From assembly GCA_002897695.1 (NCBI GenBank), contig BDTG01000043.1, positions 7,934 through 71,933 on the forward strand: 64,000 nucleotides of DNA. Reading direction: 5' to 3'. The position numbers were made by a program, and so were the translations under genes. Under the pieces are notes generated by a model. It saw only the letters and a list, made by a program, of their open reading frames with translations. It had not been told where the DNA came from and did no database searches. Shown here piece by piece: positions 55,815 to 64,000 of the stretch. Source of the DNA: a bacterium BMS3Abin14 (lineage in GTDB: Bacteria > BMS3Abin14). How positions within the stretch are numbered: the stretch's first letter is position 1; every line of letters starts with the position of its first letter.

Positions 55815-55896
55815 ACGAGGCGCAACGCATTTCAGCGATAAAACGCGTTGTGGGCGAAATAAACTACCAGGAGGTAGGGGGCGGGAGGAAAAGGAT

Positions 55897-57072
55897 ATGA
55901 ATTGGATCAGGAAAACGACGGTTTTGTGTGCCGCTTTGACCCTGGCCGTGGCCATGGTTGTCGGTTCGGCGGGTCCCGCAGCGGCACGTAAGGTGTACAA
56001 GATCGGCGCGCTCTTCGCAACCAGCGGGCCGGCATCCATGCTCGGGTTGCCCGAGAAAAACACGGCGTCCATGCTGGAGGAATCCATCAACAGCCAGGGC
56101 GGGATCAACGGTACGCCGATTAAACTGATTATCTACGATACCCAGGCCGATCCGACCAAAACCGTCACCGCGGCAAAGAAGCTTATCAAGAAGGATAAAG
56201 TCGACGTCATTATCGGGCCCACCACCTCGGGAGCTACCCTTGCCATAATAGACGTGATTCAGAAGGCCGAGATACCGTTGATCTCCTGCGCGGCATCGGT
56301 CCGTATCGTTCAGCCGGTAAAAAAGTGGGTATTCAAGACGCCCCAGACCGACGTCATGGCAGTTGAAAAGATCTACGCCAAGCTTCAGAAAGAGGGAAAG
56401 AAGAAGATCGCCATAATCACGGTCAGCAACGGGTTCGGCGATTCGGGCCGGGTCCAGCTCAAGAAGTTCGCAAATAAATACGGCATTACCGTCGTAGCCG
56501 ATGAACGGTACGGTTCCAAGGACACGGATATGACGGTTCAGATGACCAAGATAAAGGGCACTGATGCCGAGGCCATTATCTGCTGGGGAACAAACCCCGG
56601 GCCTGCCGTCATCGCCAAGAACAGAAAGCAGTTGGGCATAACGATCCCGCTGTACAATAGCCACGGCGTTGCCTCAAAGAAGTTCATCGAGCTTTCCGGC
56701 GGCGCTGCCGAGGGGACCTTTCTCCCCGCAGGCAGGTTGCTCGTAGCAGACCAGCTGCCCGATTCCGATCCCCAGAAGGCCGTTCTGGTCGGCTACAGGG
56801 ACAACTACGAGAAGAGGTTCGGTGGTTCCGTCAGTACCTTCGGCGGACACGCCTACGACGCCTTTAATATCGCTGTGCAGGCCCTAAGAAATCTCTCCGA
56901 CAAGAAGATGGATCCCACCAGGGGAGCGATTCGCAGCGCGATAGAGAAGATTCACGGTTTCGTCGGAACGGGCGGAGTGTTCAACTTTTCACCCGAGGAT
57001 CACAACGGCCTCACCCAGGACGACTTCGTCATGATCAAGATAGAGAACGGTAGCTGGAAACTGGCCGAGTAA
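55897..57072 (+). CDS. Branched-chain amino-acid ABC transporter substrate-binding protein (LivK family)
   Basis: Signal peptide, periplasmic-binding-protein type-I fold sequence. ATG 55897 with RBS gggaggaa preferred over the listed ORF start. Confidence 0.85.
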   Translation: MNWIRKTTVLCAALTLAVAMVVGSAGPAAARKVYKIGALFATSGPASMLGLPEKNTASMLEESINSQGGINGTPIKLIIYDTQADPTKTVTAAKKLIKKDKVDVIIGPTTSGATLAIIDVIQKAEIPLISCAASVRIVQPVKKWVFKTPQTDVMAVEKIYAKLQKEGKKKIAIITVSNGFGDSGRVQLKKFANKYGITVVADERYGSKDTDMTVQMTKIKGTDAEAIICWGTNPGPAVIAKNRKQLGITIPLYNSHGVASKKFIELSGGAAEGTFLPAGRLLVADQLPDSDPQKAVLVGYRDNYEKRFGGSVSTFGGHAYDAFNIAVQALRNLSDKKMDPTRGAIRSAIEKIHGFVGTGGVFNFSPEDHNGLTQDDFVMIKIENGSWKLAE

Positions 57073-57081
57073 AATAAATCA

Positions 57082-57169
57082 ATCCAGAGTCCAAGGCCTT
57101 CCGCGGTGTAGCCCGAAGGACGAAGACGGGTCCAGAGTCCAAAGAATAGGGGGGCCGAATTTCGGCCCC
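57082..57169 (+). repeat. Two TCCAGAGTCCAA units separated by a GC stem, followed by a perfect hairpin GGGGCCGAA-TTTCGGCCCC
   Basis: Seen directly in the livK-livH spacer, beginning 10 nt after the stop codon. Confidence 0.7.
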
Positions 57170-57194
57170 CTCGTATGTCCAAGGGACGCAGAAC

Positions 57195-58079
57195 ATGACC
57201 TTATCCCAGCAGATTCTTCAGTACATCATAACCGGTGTGACCATCGGAAGCGTCTATACGCTTATAGGGCTTGGTTTCAACATTATCTACAACGCCACGG
57301 AGATCATCAACTTCGCGCAGGGGGAGTTCGTCATGCTGGGCGCCCTTTTTACGATTTCGGGCGTGCAGCTGCTGCATCTTCCCCTGATCGCGGCCTGCGT
57401 TCTGGCAACCCTGGCAGTGGCCCTTGTCGGGGTGATATTCGATTTCACTGCCATCAGACCTCTTAAAGAAGCCAACCCAATCACGCTGATCATTATCACC
57501 ATCGGAGCGTCCATCTTCATCAGGGGGATTGCGAGCCTTGTCTGGGGAAAAGAACCATATCTCTTGAAGGCTTTTTCGGGCGAAGAGCCGATTCCTTTTT
57601 TTGGCGCCGTTCTGCAGCCGCAGAGCATCTGGGTCATGGCGACCGCATTTATCATCGTCATGGGATTGAGGCAGTTTTTTGGAAAGACGCTCACCGGAAA
57701 GGCGATGATGGCCAGCGCCGTTCAGCCCCGAGCCGCAAGGCTCGTGGGCATCGACGTGCGGAACATGGTCCTTCTGTCCTTCGGCCTCAGCGGAGCCGTC
57801 GGTTCGCTTGCCGGCATTGTTATTTCCCCCATAAGCATGGCCCAGTACGATATGGGCGTAATCCTGGGCCTTAAAGGTTTTTGCGCGGCCATCATCGGCG
57901 GTCTGGGAAACCCATGGGGGGTGGTGGTGGGTGGCATCTCACTCGGTGTTCTGGAATCGTTGGGAGCGGGCCTGATCTCCAGCGGGTACAAGGATGCCAT
58001 CGCCTTCATTATTCTCCTGCTCATGCTCTTTTTTCGGCCCCAGGGGATTCTCGGCAGAACCAGGGGAGACCGGGTGTGA
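57195..58079 (+). CDS. livH: Branched-chain amino-acid ABC transporter permease LivH
   Basis: 294 aa, 8 TM helices, LivH family. Confidence 0.9.
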   Translation: MTLSQQILQYIITGVTIGSVYTLIGLGFNIIYNATEIINFAQGEFVMLGALFTISGVQLLHLPLIAACVLATLAVALVGVIFDFTAIRPLKEANPITLIIITIGASIFIRGIASLVWGKEPYLLKAFSGEEPIPFFGAVLQPQSIWVMATAFIIVMGLRQFFGKTLTGKAMMASAVQPRAARLVGIDVRNMVLLSFGLSGAVGSLAGIVISPISMAQYDMGVILGLKGFCAAIIGGLGNPWGVVVGGISLGVLESLGAGLISSGYKDAIAFIILLLMLFFRPQGILGRTRGDRV

Positions 58080-59068
58080 ACATCCGGTCCGGTCTGAGGT
58101 CACCTTACGCAGGATTCATCCTGTTTGCCGTTCTCGCTCTTTGCATGCCCCTGTTGGTCACCAACGATTACTATCTGAACCTTCTCGTCATAATAGGCAT
58201 CAATTCCATCACCGTCATAGGGCTGGATCTTCTCATGGGATATACCGGCCAGATATCCCTTGGCCATGCGGCGTTTTACGGGCTGGGGGCCTATGCGTCC
58301 GGGATCCTTTCTGTCCGCTATGGATGGCCCGCCCTGGCTGAACTTGCCGTAGCCCTCATCGTCGTCGCATCCATCGCCTTTCTTATCGGCATTCCCACCC
58401 TCAAGCTCCACGGCCACTACCTGGCAATGGCGACCCTGGGCTTCGGCATCATAGTCTACATTGCCTTTCAGGAGATGGATTTCCTCACGGGCGGCCCCTC
58501 GGGGTTGGTGGGGATCAAGCCCATGTCCATTTTCGGTATTCCCTTCGAATCCGACAGGGCATATTATCTTCTGGTCTGTGGTTTTCTTCTCGTTTCTCTC
58601 ATCCTTTCCATAAACCTAATCCGGTCGCGGGTGGGCAGGGCGCTGCGCGCTATCCACGGGTCCGAAGTAGCTGCCTCTGTCCTGGGTGTGAACACAGCTC
58701 GTTTCAAGGTCGGTATCTTTGTCCTCTCAGCTATGTACGCCGCAACGGCGGGATGGCTGTATGCCCATTACATCGGGTTTATCAGCCCTAGCTCTTTCGG
58801 TTTCCTCTTTTCAATTAAACTGGTGACCATGGTTGTCATCGGGAGCCTGGGCAGTGTCTGGGGAGGGATATTCGGGGCCGCTCTCCTGACAAGCCTGCCC
58901 GAATTTCTCGCATTTTTTGAGAATTATGAGAGCGCGGTTTTTGGATTTGTACTTCTGGTTGTCATGATATTCATGCCGAGGGGACTTCTTCGGGGGGTTG
59001 AGGAGCTCATGATACGTGTCTTTGGCGCCTTTACCGGTCAGTCTGCCGGAGCAGGTGATAAAAGGTGA
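58076..59068 (+). CDS. livM: Branched-chain amino-acid ABC transporter permease LivM
   Basis: GTG start overlapping the livH stop (GTGA); LivM family membrane protein. Confidence 0.85.
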   Translation: MNIRSGLRSPYAGFILFAVLALCMPLLVTNDYYLNLLVIIGINSITVIGLDLLMGYTGQISLGHAAFYGLGAYASGILSVRYGWPALAELAVALIVVASIAFLIGIPTLKLHGHYLAMATLGFGIIVYIAFQEMDFLTGGPSGLVGIKPMSIFGIPFESDRAYYLLVCGFLLVSLILSINLIRSRVGRALRAIHGSEVAASVLGVNTARFKVGIFVLSAMYAATAGWLYAHYIGFISPSSFGFLFSIKLVTMVVIGSLGSVWGGIFGAALLTSLPEFLAFFENYESAVFGFVLLVVMIFMPRGLLRGVEELMIRVFGAFTGQSAGAGDKR

Positions 59069-59823
59069 GTCCCTTACTCAAAACGGAAAAACTGACGAAG
59101 TATTTTGGCGGTGTCAAGGCCCTTAACGGGGTAGACATAGAGGTGCGCCGGGGGATCATACAGTCGGTCATCGGGCCCAACGGAGCCGGCAAAACGACTT
59201 TTTTTAACGTGGTGTCCGGAATTTTCCGGCCTTCCGCGGGCGAGATAGTCTTCGACGGGGAGCTGATCACTGGAATGCAGTCCCACAGAATCGCCTCCCG
59301 CGGCCTCACAAGGACCTTTCAGAATCTGCAGCTTTTTTCCGAGATGACGGTCCTCGAGAACGTTATGGTGGGGATGCACCTGCGATCGAGCTCCGGATTT
59401 TTTTCATCTGCGGTAAAGCTGCCTTCGGCGATCAGGGAAGAGCGAGCTATCCGGGAACGTTCCATGGATTGGCTGCGATTCGTGGGCCTCGATGAACAGT
59501 GGGAACGGATAGCCTCCGGCCTCCCGTTCGGAAACCAGAGGCTCCTCGAGATGGCCAGGGCGCTGGCCTCGGAGCCCCGTCTCCTGATGCTGGATGAACC
59601 GGCGGCGGGGTTAAACAACAGGGAGACACAGGACCTTGCCGAACTGATTGTACGCATCAAAAACGAAAATATTACGGTGCTCCTGGTGGAACACGATATG
59701 GACCTGGTCATGGAGGTTTCAGAACGCGTTATGGTGATGGATCAGGGAAAGGTTATTGCCCAGGGTGATCCGGAGGCTATCCGCAAGGACGAAAAAGTGC
59801 TCAAGGCCTATCTCGGGGTTTAG
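59065..59823 (+). CDS. livG: Branched-chain amino-acid ABC transporter ATP-binding protein LivG
   Basis: Walker [10 protein letters not shown], signature and Walker B LLMLDEPAAG. Confidence 0.9.
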   Translation: MSPLLKTEKLTKYFGGVKALNGVDIEVRRGIIQSVIGPNGAGKTTFFNVVSGIFRPSAGEIVFDGELITGMQSHRIASRGLTRTFQNLQLFSEMTVLENVMVGMHLRSSSGFFSSAVKLPSAIREERAIRERSMDWLRFVGLDEQWERIASGLPFGNQRLLEMARALASEPRLLMLDEPAAGLNNRETQDLAELIVRIKNENITVLLVEHDMDLVMEVSERVMVMDQGKVIAQGDPEAIRKDEKVLKAYLGV

Positions 59824-59860
59824 TAGATCCGTGAGGAAGGCCGAAGGAGGTAGCTGACCG

Positions 59861-60601
59861 TTGCTGAGGGTCCGGAATATTACCACATACTACGGACGAA
59901 TCCAGATCCTGAAGGGGATCTCCATCCATGTGGGGGAGGGGGAGATCGTTGCTCTTATAGGGGCCAACGGAGCAGGCAAGACAACATTGATCCACACCAT
60001 AAGCGGGTTATTGAAAGTGCAGAGCGGGACGATTAAACTCGGAGACAAGGAGATCCAGAACCGTCCCCCGGAGTGGATCGTGAGGCGAGGGATCTCCCAG
60101 GTCCCGGAGGGCCGCCTTGTTTTTGCGCCCCTCAGCGTGGAGGATAACCTTAAACTGGGAGCCTACGTCAGGTATCGTGCGGGGAAAAAGGATGAGATAT
60201 CCCGGAGTCTGGAGGAGGCATTTGCCCTTTTCCCGCCCCTTGAGGAACGAAGATCCCAGCAGGCCGGCACTTTAAGCGGAGGGGAACAGCAGATGCTGGC
60301 TGTCGCAAGGGCGCTTATGGCGCAGCCGAAACTCCTGCTCCTGGACGAGCCTTCCCTGGGGTTGGCGCCCATCGTTTCAGCGGAGATCTTCAGGGTCATT
60401 TTACGGTTGAGGGAAAGCGGGGTCACGATCCTCCTGGTTGAACAGAATGCCCATGCGGCCCTCGCGGTAGCCGATCGCGCCTATGTGCTGGAGACCGGGA
60501 CCGTGGTTCTTCAGGACAGCGCCGACCGATTATTGCAGAACCGGGAGGTCCAGCGGGCATACCTGGGCAAGGGGAAGAAGGAGATCTGGGACGCCGATTG
60601 A
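59861..60601 (+). CDS. livF: Branched-chain amino-acid ABC transporter ATP-binding protein LivF
   Basis: Walker A GANGAGKTT, LSGGEQQMLAVARAL, LLLDEPSLGL; TTG start with RBS gaaggagg. Confidence 0.9.
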   Translation: MLRVRNITTYYGRIQILKGISIHVGEGEIVALIGANGAGKTTLIHTISGLLKVQSGTIKLGDKEIQNRPPEWIVRRGISQVPEGRLVFAPLSVEDNLKLGAYVRYRAGKKDEISRSLEEAFALFPPLEERRSQQAGTLSGGEQQMLAVARALMAQPKLLLLDEPSLGLAPIVSAEIFRVILRLRESGVTILLVEQNAHAALAVADRAYVLETGTVVLQDSADRLLQNREVQRAYLGKGKKEIWDAD

Positions 60602-60663
60602 GCGTGGGGCAGGGTCCCGGGCGTTTGGACATTTACAGGAATGTGTGATCAAGAGGGTTTCAT

Positions 60664-61974
60664 ATGAATAACTACAGGGCATGGAACGAATCGGCCGAAA
60701 AGATGTCCCGGGATGAACTGGAACAGCTTCAGTTCGAGAGGCTCCAATCCACACTGAACCGGGTTTACAGGAACGTAAAGTTCTACCAGCGTCGTTTCGA
60801 CGATCTGGGCCTCCAGCCGTCCGACATACGGACCATGGACGATCTGGAAAAGATCCCCTTTACGACAAAGGATGACCTGCGCGAGAACTATCCCTACGGG
60901 ATGCTCGCGGTTCCCCTCAGGGAGGTTGTCCGCATTCACTCCTCGACGGGAACAACCGGCAAGCCAACCGTTATCTGTTATTCGCGAAACGACCTGGACA
61001 AGTGGAGTGAACTGGTTGCCCGTATCCTCACCTCCGGAGGCGTTACGAGGGACGATGTGGTCCAGATCGCCTTCGGATACGGTCTTTTTACCGGGGGGTT
61101 CGGACTGCACGCCGGCGCTGAAAAGATCGGCGCCTCGGTTATTCCTGTCTCCAGCGGCAACACAGCGAAGCAGTTGATGATCATGGAGGATTACCGCACT
61201 TCCGCACTTGTGTGCACCCCCTCCTATGCCCTGTTTATCAGCGAGGTGATGGAGAAAAACAGTATCGACCTCCGGAGGCTAAGCCTGCGTTACGGCCTTT
61301 TCGGCTCCGAGCCATGGTCCGAAAGGATGAGGTCGGAACTCGAGGAGAAGCTGGGGATAGTAGCTACCGACAATTATGGCCTTTCTGAGGTCATGGGCCC
61401 GGGCGTGGCCGGGGAGTGCATCGTAAAATCAGGTCTTCACCTCAATGAGGACCACTACCTTCCGGAGGTTATTGACCCGGACACCGGGGAGCGCCTGCCC
61501 ATGGGCAAGGTCGGGGAACTGGTGATTACCACCATAACCAACGAGGCGATGCCCCTGATACGTTTCAGAACCAGGGATCTCACACGCCTTTATGTTGACG
61601 ATTGTCCCTGCGGACGATCCCTGATAAAAATAGAGAAGGTGAAGGGCCGATCCGATGACATGATCATCATCAAGGGGGTGAACGTCTTTCCGAGCCAGGT
61701 TGAGGAGGTACTCAGCCAGTTCGAGGGTGTTACCCCCCACTATCAGATCGTCCTGTCGCGAGACGGCGCCCTGGATTCGATGGCGGTTCTTGTCGAAATC
61801 ACGGAGGCCTTCTTTTTCGACGAGATGAAAAAGCAGCGCGACCTCCTTGACCGGATAAGGGAGGACCTTCGCAGCACACTGGGCCTCGGGGTGAATGTCA
61901 AGCTCGTGGAACCGAAAACCATCGAGAGGTTCGAGGGAAAGGCGCAAAGGGTCGTGGACCGGAGGGAGTTGTAG
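60664..61974 (+). CDS. paaK: Phenylacetate--CoA ligase (second paralog)
   Basis: [11 protein letters not shown]; ~55% identical to the first PaaK. Confidence 0.9.
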   Translation: MNNYRAWNESAEKMSRDELEQLQFERLQSTLNRVYRNVKFYQRRFDDLGLQPSDIRTMDDLEKIPFTTKDDLRENYPYGMLAVPLREVVRIHSSTGTTGKPTVICYSRNDLDKWSELVARILTSGGVTRDDVVQIAFGYGLFTGGFGLHAGAEKIGASVIPVSSGNTAKQLMIMEDYRTSALVCTPSYALFISEVMEKNSIDLRRLSLRYGLFGSEPWSERMRSELEEKLGIVATDNYGLSEVMGPGVAGECIVKSGLHLNEDHYLPEVIDPDTGERLPMGKVGELVITTITNEAMPLIRFRTRDLTRLYVDDCPCGRSLIKIEKVKGRSDDMIIIKGVNVFPSQVEEVLSQFEGVTPHYQIVLSRDGALDSMAVLVEITEAFFFDEMKKQRDLLDRIREDLRSTLGLGVNVKLVEPKTIERFEGKAQRVVDRREL

Positions 61975-61979
61975 GAACG

Positions 61980-63020
61980 ATGAAAAAGGCGTTGATCACA
62001 GGCATTACGGGGCAGGATGGATCCTATCTCGCTGAGTTTCTTCTGGCGAAAGGCTACGAGGTTCACGGAATCATCAGAAGGGCCAGCACTTTCAATACCG
62101 CACGGATCGACCACCTCTATGTGGATACTCACATCAACAACGTCACCTTCTATCTTCATTACGGGGACTTAGCGGACCCAAGCCAGATTTACAACATCAT
62201 CCACAACATCCATCCTGACGAGATCTACCATCTTGGGGCCCAGAGCCACGTTCGCGTCAGCTTCGACATCCCGGAATACACAGGCGACGTTACGGGACTG
62301 GGGACGATACGGCTCCTCGAGGCGATCCGGAGGAGCGGGATCAAGACCCGCTATTACCAGGCGTCCAGCAGCGAGATGTTCGGTAATTCACCCCCTCCCC
62401 AGGGCGAGAACACGGTATTTTATCCCAGGAGCCCCTATGCGGCCGCAAAGGTTTACTCCCACTGGATGACCGTAAACTACCGGGAGGCGTACAGCCTTTA
62501 CGCATGCAGCGGCATCCTTTTTAACCACGAAAGCCCAAGGAGGGGTGAGACGTTCGTTACCCGGAAGATAACCCGGGCTCTCGCCAACATCCAGGCGGGC
62601 AGGCAGAAGAAACTTTATCTGGGGAACCTTAAGGCCGGCAGGGACTGGGGGTTCGCCCCCGATTACGTCAAGGCCATGTGGATGATCCTCCAGCAGGAGC
62701 GCCCGGAAGATTTCGTCATCTCAACAGGTGAGACGCACACCGTGGAGGAGTTCCTCGTTGAGGCGTTTTCCTACGCCGGGCTCGATCATCAGAAATACGT
62801 CGAGATCGATCCAAAATATTTCAGGCCCACGGAGGTGGACGTTCTCACCGGTGACTCCTCCAAAGCCCGCCGCGTACTCGGCTGGAAGCCCCTGGTCTCC
62901 TTCAGGGAACTCGTCAGGATCATGGTTGACTCCGACATGGAGGCCGCAGGCCTCACTTCGCCGGGGGAGGGAAAAGCGATTCTGGCGGAGAAGGACTTCG
63001 GATGGATAAAGAGACCCTAG
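61980..63020 (+). CDS. gmd: GDP-mannose 4,6-dehydratase
   Basis: [16 protein letters not shown]-terminus; YAAAK catalytic motif. Confidence 0.95.
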   Translation: MKKALITGITGQDGSYLAEFLLAKGYEVHGIIRRASTFNTARIDHLYVDTHINNVTFYLHYGDLADPSQIYNIIHNIHPDEIYHLGAQSHVRVSFDIPEYTGDVTGLGTIRLLEAIRRSGIKTRYYQASSSEMFGNSPPPQGENTVFYPRSPYAAAKVYSHWMTVNYREAYSLYACSGILFNHESPRRGETFVTRKITRALANIQAGRQKKLYLGNLKAGRDWGFAPDYVKAMWMILQQERPEDFVISTGETHTVEEFLVEAFSYAGLDHQKYVEIDPKYFRPTEVDVLTGDSSKARRVLGWKPLVSFRELVRIMVDSDMEAAGLTSPGEGKAILAEKDFGWIKRP

Positions 63021-63049
63021 ATGTGGGCGACAGCACCGATAGGGGTGGT

Positions 63050-63988
63050 ATGGATCTGAGGGAAAAGAATATTCTGGTTACCGGCGGCGCCGGGTTCCTG
63101 GGCGGTTTCGTCACCCGGGCGCTCAGGGATGAAGGAGTTTCGTCGTCCAGGATACACATACCAAGGAGCCGGGATGTTGACCTCAGAATCCAGGAAAACT
63201 GTGTCGCCGCCGTAAGGGGGAAGGAAGTCGTTATCCACCTCGCCGCCAGTGTCGGGGGGATCGGGTTCAACAGGAGAAACCCGGGAGTTCTCTTCTACGA
63301 CAACATCATTATGGGCGCCAACCTCATGGAGGCGGCCCGTCTCGAAGGTGTGGAGAAGTTTGTTCAGGTGGGCACCGTATGCGCCTACCCCAAAAACACC
63401 CCTGTTCCGTTTTCCGAGGATTCCCTCTGGGACGGGTATCCCGAGGAAACCAACGCTCCCTACGGCGTAGCCAAAAGGGCGCTTCTGGTTCAGGCTCAGG
63501 CCTACCGGGAACAGTATGGATTAAATGCCGTATTTCTCCTCCCGGTCAACCTCTACGGGCCCAACGACAACTTCGACCTGGAGGATTCCCACGTTATTCC
63601 GGCCCTTATCAGGAAGTGCGTTGAGGCGGTGGATGGGGGAAGGGATATTCTCGACGTCTGGGGCTCAGGAAACGCAACACGGGAGTTTCTTTACGTACAG
63701 GACTGCGCAAGGGGAATTGTTCAGGCCACCCGTGATTACGATGGTTCCGAACCTGTGAACCTGGGATCCGGCAGGGAGATCACCATAAGGGACCTGGTGG
63801 GGCTCATTGCGAAACTCACAGGCTTTACGGGATCCATAAGGTGGAACCTCACCCGGCCGGACGGCCAGCCGAGGAGATGTCTCGATACCTCCAGGGCCAG
63901 GGCGTTCGGTTTTTCGGCCACCACATCCCTGGAGGATGGGCTTGCCCGCACCATCAGATGGTACCGTGAACACGGGAAGGAAATTTAA
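63050..63988 (+). CDS. fcl: GDP-L-fucose synthase (GDP-4-keto-6-deoxymannose epimerase/reductase)
   Basis: GGAGFLG, YGVAK motif. ATG 63050 preferred over the listed 63002, which overlaps gmd. Confidence 0.9.
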   Translation: MDLREKNILVTGGAGFLGGFVTRALRDEGVSSSRIHIPRSRDVDLRIQENCVAAVRGKEVVIHLAASVGGIGFNRRNPGVLFYDNIIMGANLMEAARLEGVEKFVQVGTVCAYPKNTPVPFSEDSLWDGYPEETNAPYGVAKRALLVQAQAYREQYGLNAVFLLPVNLYGPNDNFDLEDSHVIPALIRKCVEAVDGGRDILDVWGSGNATREFLYVQDCARGIVQATRDYDGSEPVNLGSGREITIRDLVGLIAKLTGFTGSIRWNLTRPDGQPRRCLDTSRARAFGFSATTSLEDGLARTIRWYREHGKEI

Positions 63989-64000
63989 TGGGCGATCTTT

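Noticed and set aside
1-64000. CRISPR arrays, transposases/IS elements, integrases, toxin-antitoxin or known defence-system genes
   Set aside because: No regularly spaced direct repeats with unique spacers were seen. The heptamer arrays are tandem without spacers. No ORF shows DDE, HTH-transposase or integrase features, or nuclease, ATPase or SIR2/TIR defence-protein features.

Overview
This 64 kb window is from a high-GC (~58%) chromosome and is gene-dense, mostly on the + strand. Gene content (iorAB-paaK-liv cluster, MgtE, EF-G paralog, multihaem cytochromes, sigma54 EBPs) suggests a Desulfobacterota/Deltaproteobacteria-type anaerobe, but this is inference. It has a housekeeping backbone interrupted by several accessory-looking blocks.

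Housekeeping backbone:
- 5' MscS fragment, flavin-reductase-like gene and a polar amino-acid ABC transporter (- strand).
- rplM-rpsI, argC.
- yicC-gmk-rpoZ-spoT-ridA, rpmB, recG.
- ndk-rlmN, an RpoH-family sigma factor, nadB plus chorismate mutase.
- pilW-like TPR lipoprotein and rodZ.
- EF-G paralog, MPGP-like HAD phosphatase, rnc-era, mgtE, recO, glyQS.

Accessory blocks:
1. A pair of output-less response-regulator proteins (7353-11955). The first has two REC domains, a ~550-aa coiled coil and a C-terminal TM anchor (887 aa). The second has TPR repeats, a REC domain and a degenerate REC.
2. A candidate porin-cytochrome module (37811-40431): a secreted Gly-rich OM protein, a pentahaem lipoprotein cytochrome and a ~7-haem cytochrome, next to tRNA-Arg(CCT).
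3. A nucleotide-sugar cluster (40892-49693): a WbpO/TviB-like plus WbpP/TviC-like pair, a PAS histidine kinase, a sigma54-dependent NtrC-type regulator, a tandem paralog of that regulator with degenerate Walker A, GAFTGA and Walker B motifs, then ugd and a UDP-GlcA 4-epimerase. PHP phosphatase and YfgM-like genes follow it.
4. An aromatic-acid catabolism cluster (iorAB, two paaK, ACT, livKHMGF), followed by gmd and fcl.
5. A decayed ABC-2 transporter (two frameshifts plus internal deletions).

Two dispersed short repeat families occur at many intergenic sites:
- Tandem heptamers (GTCCAGA)n, almost always placed a few nt after stop codons in sense orientation; one pair forms a 23-bp perfect inverted repeat bracketing a 166-bp structured segment.
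- A ~21-nt motif TTGACAGGGTYGTAAAAAGTC, often part of hairpins, mostly 30-90 nt upstream of start codons.

Also noted: a palindromic pair of perfect DnaA boxes with an AT-rich tract upstream of ndk, and a bipartite AT-rich motif shared by that region and the upstream region of the degenerate EBP. No CRISPR arrays, transposases or integrases were seen.
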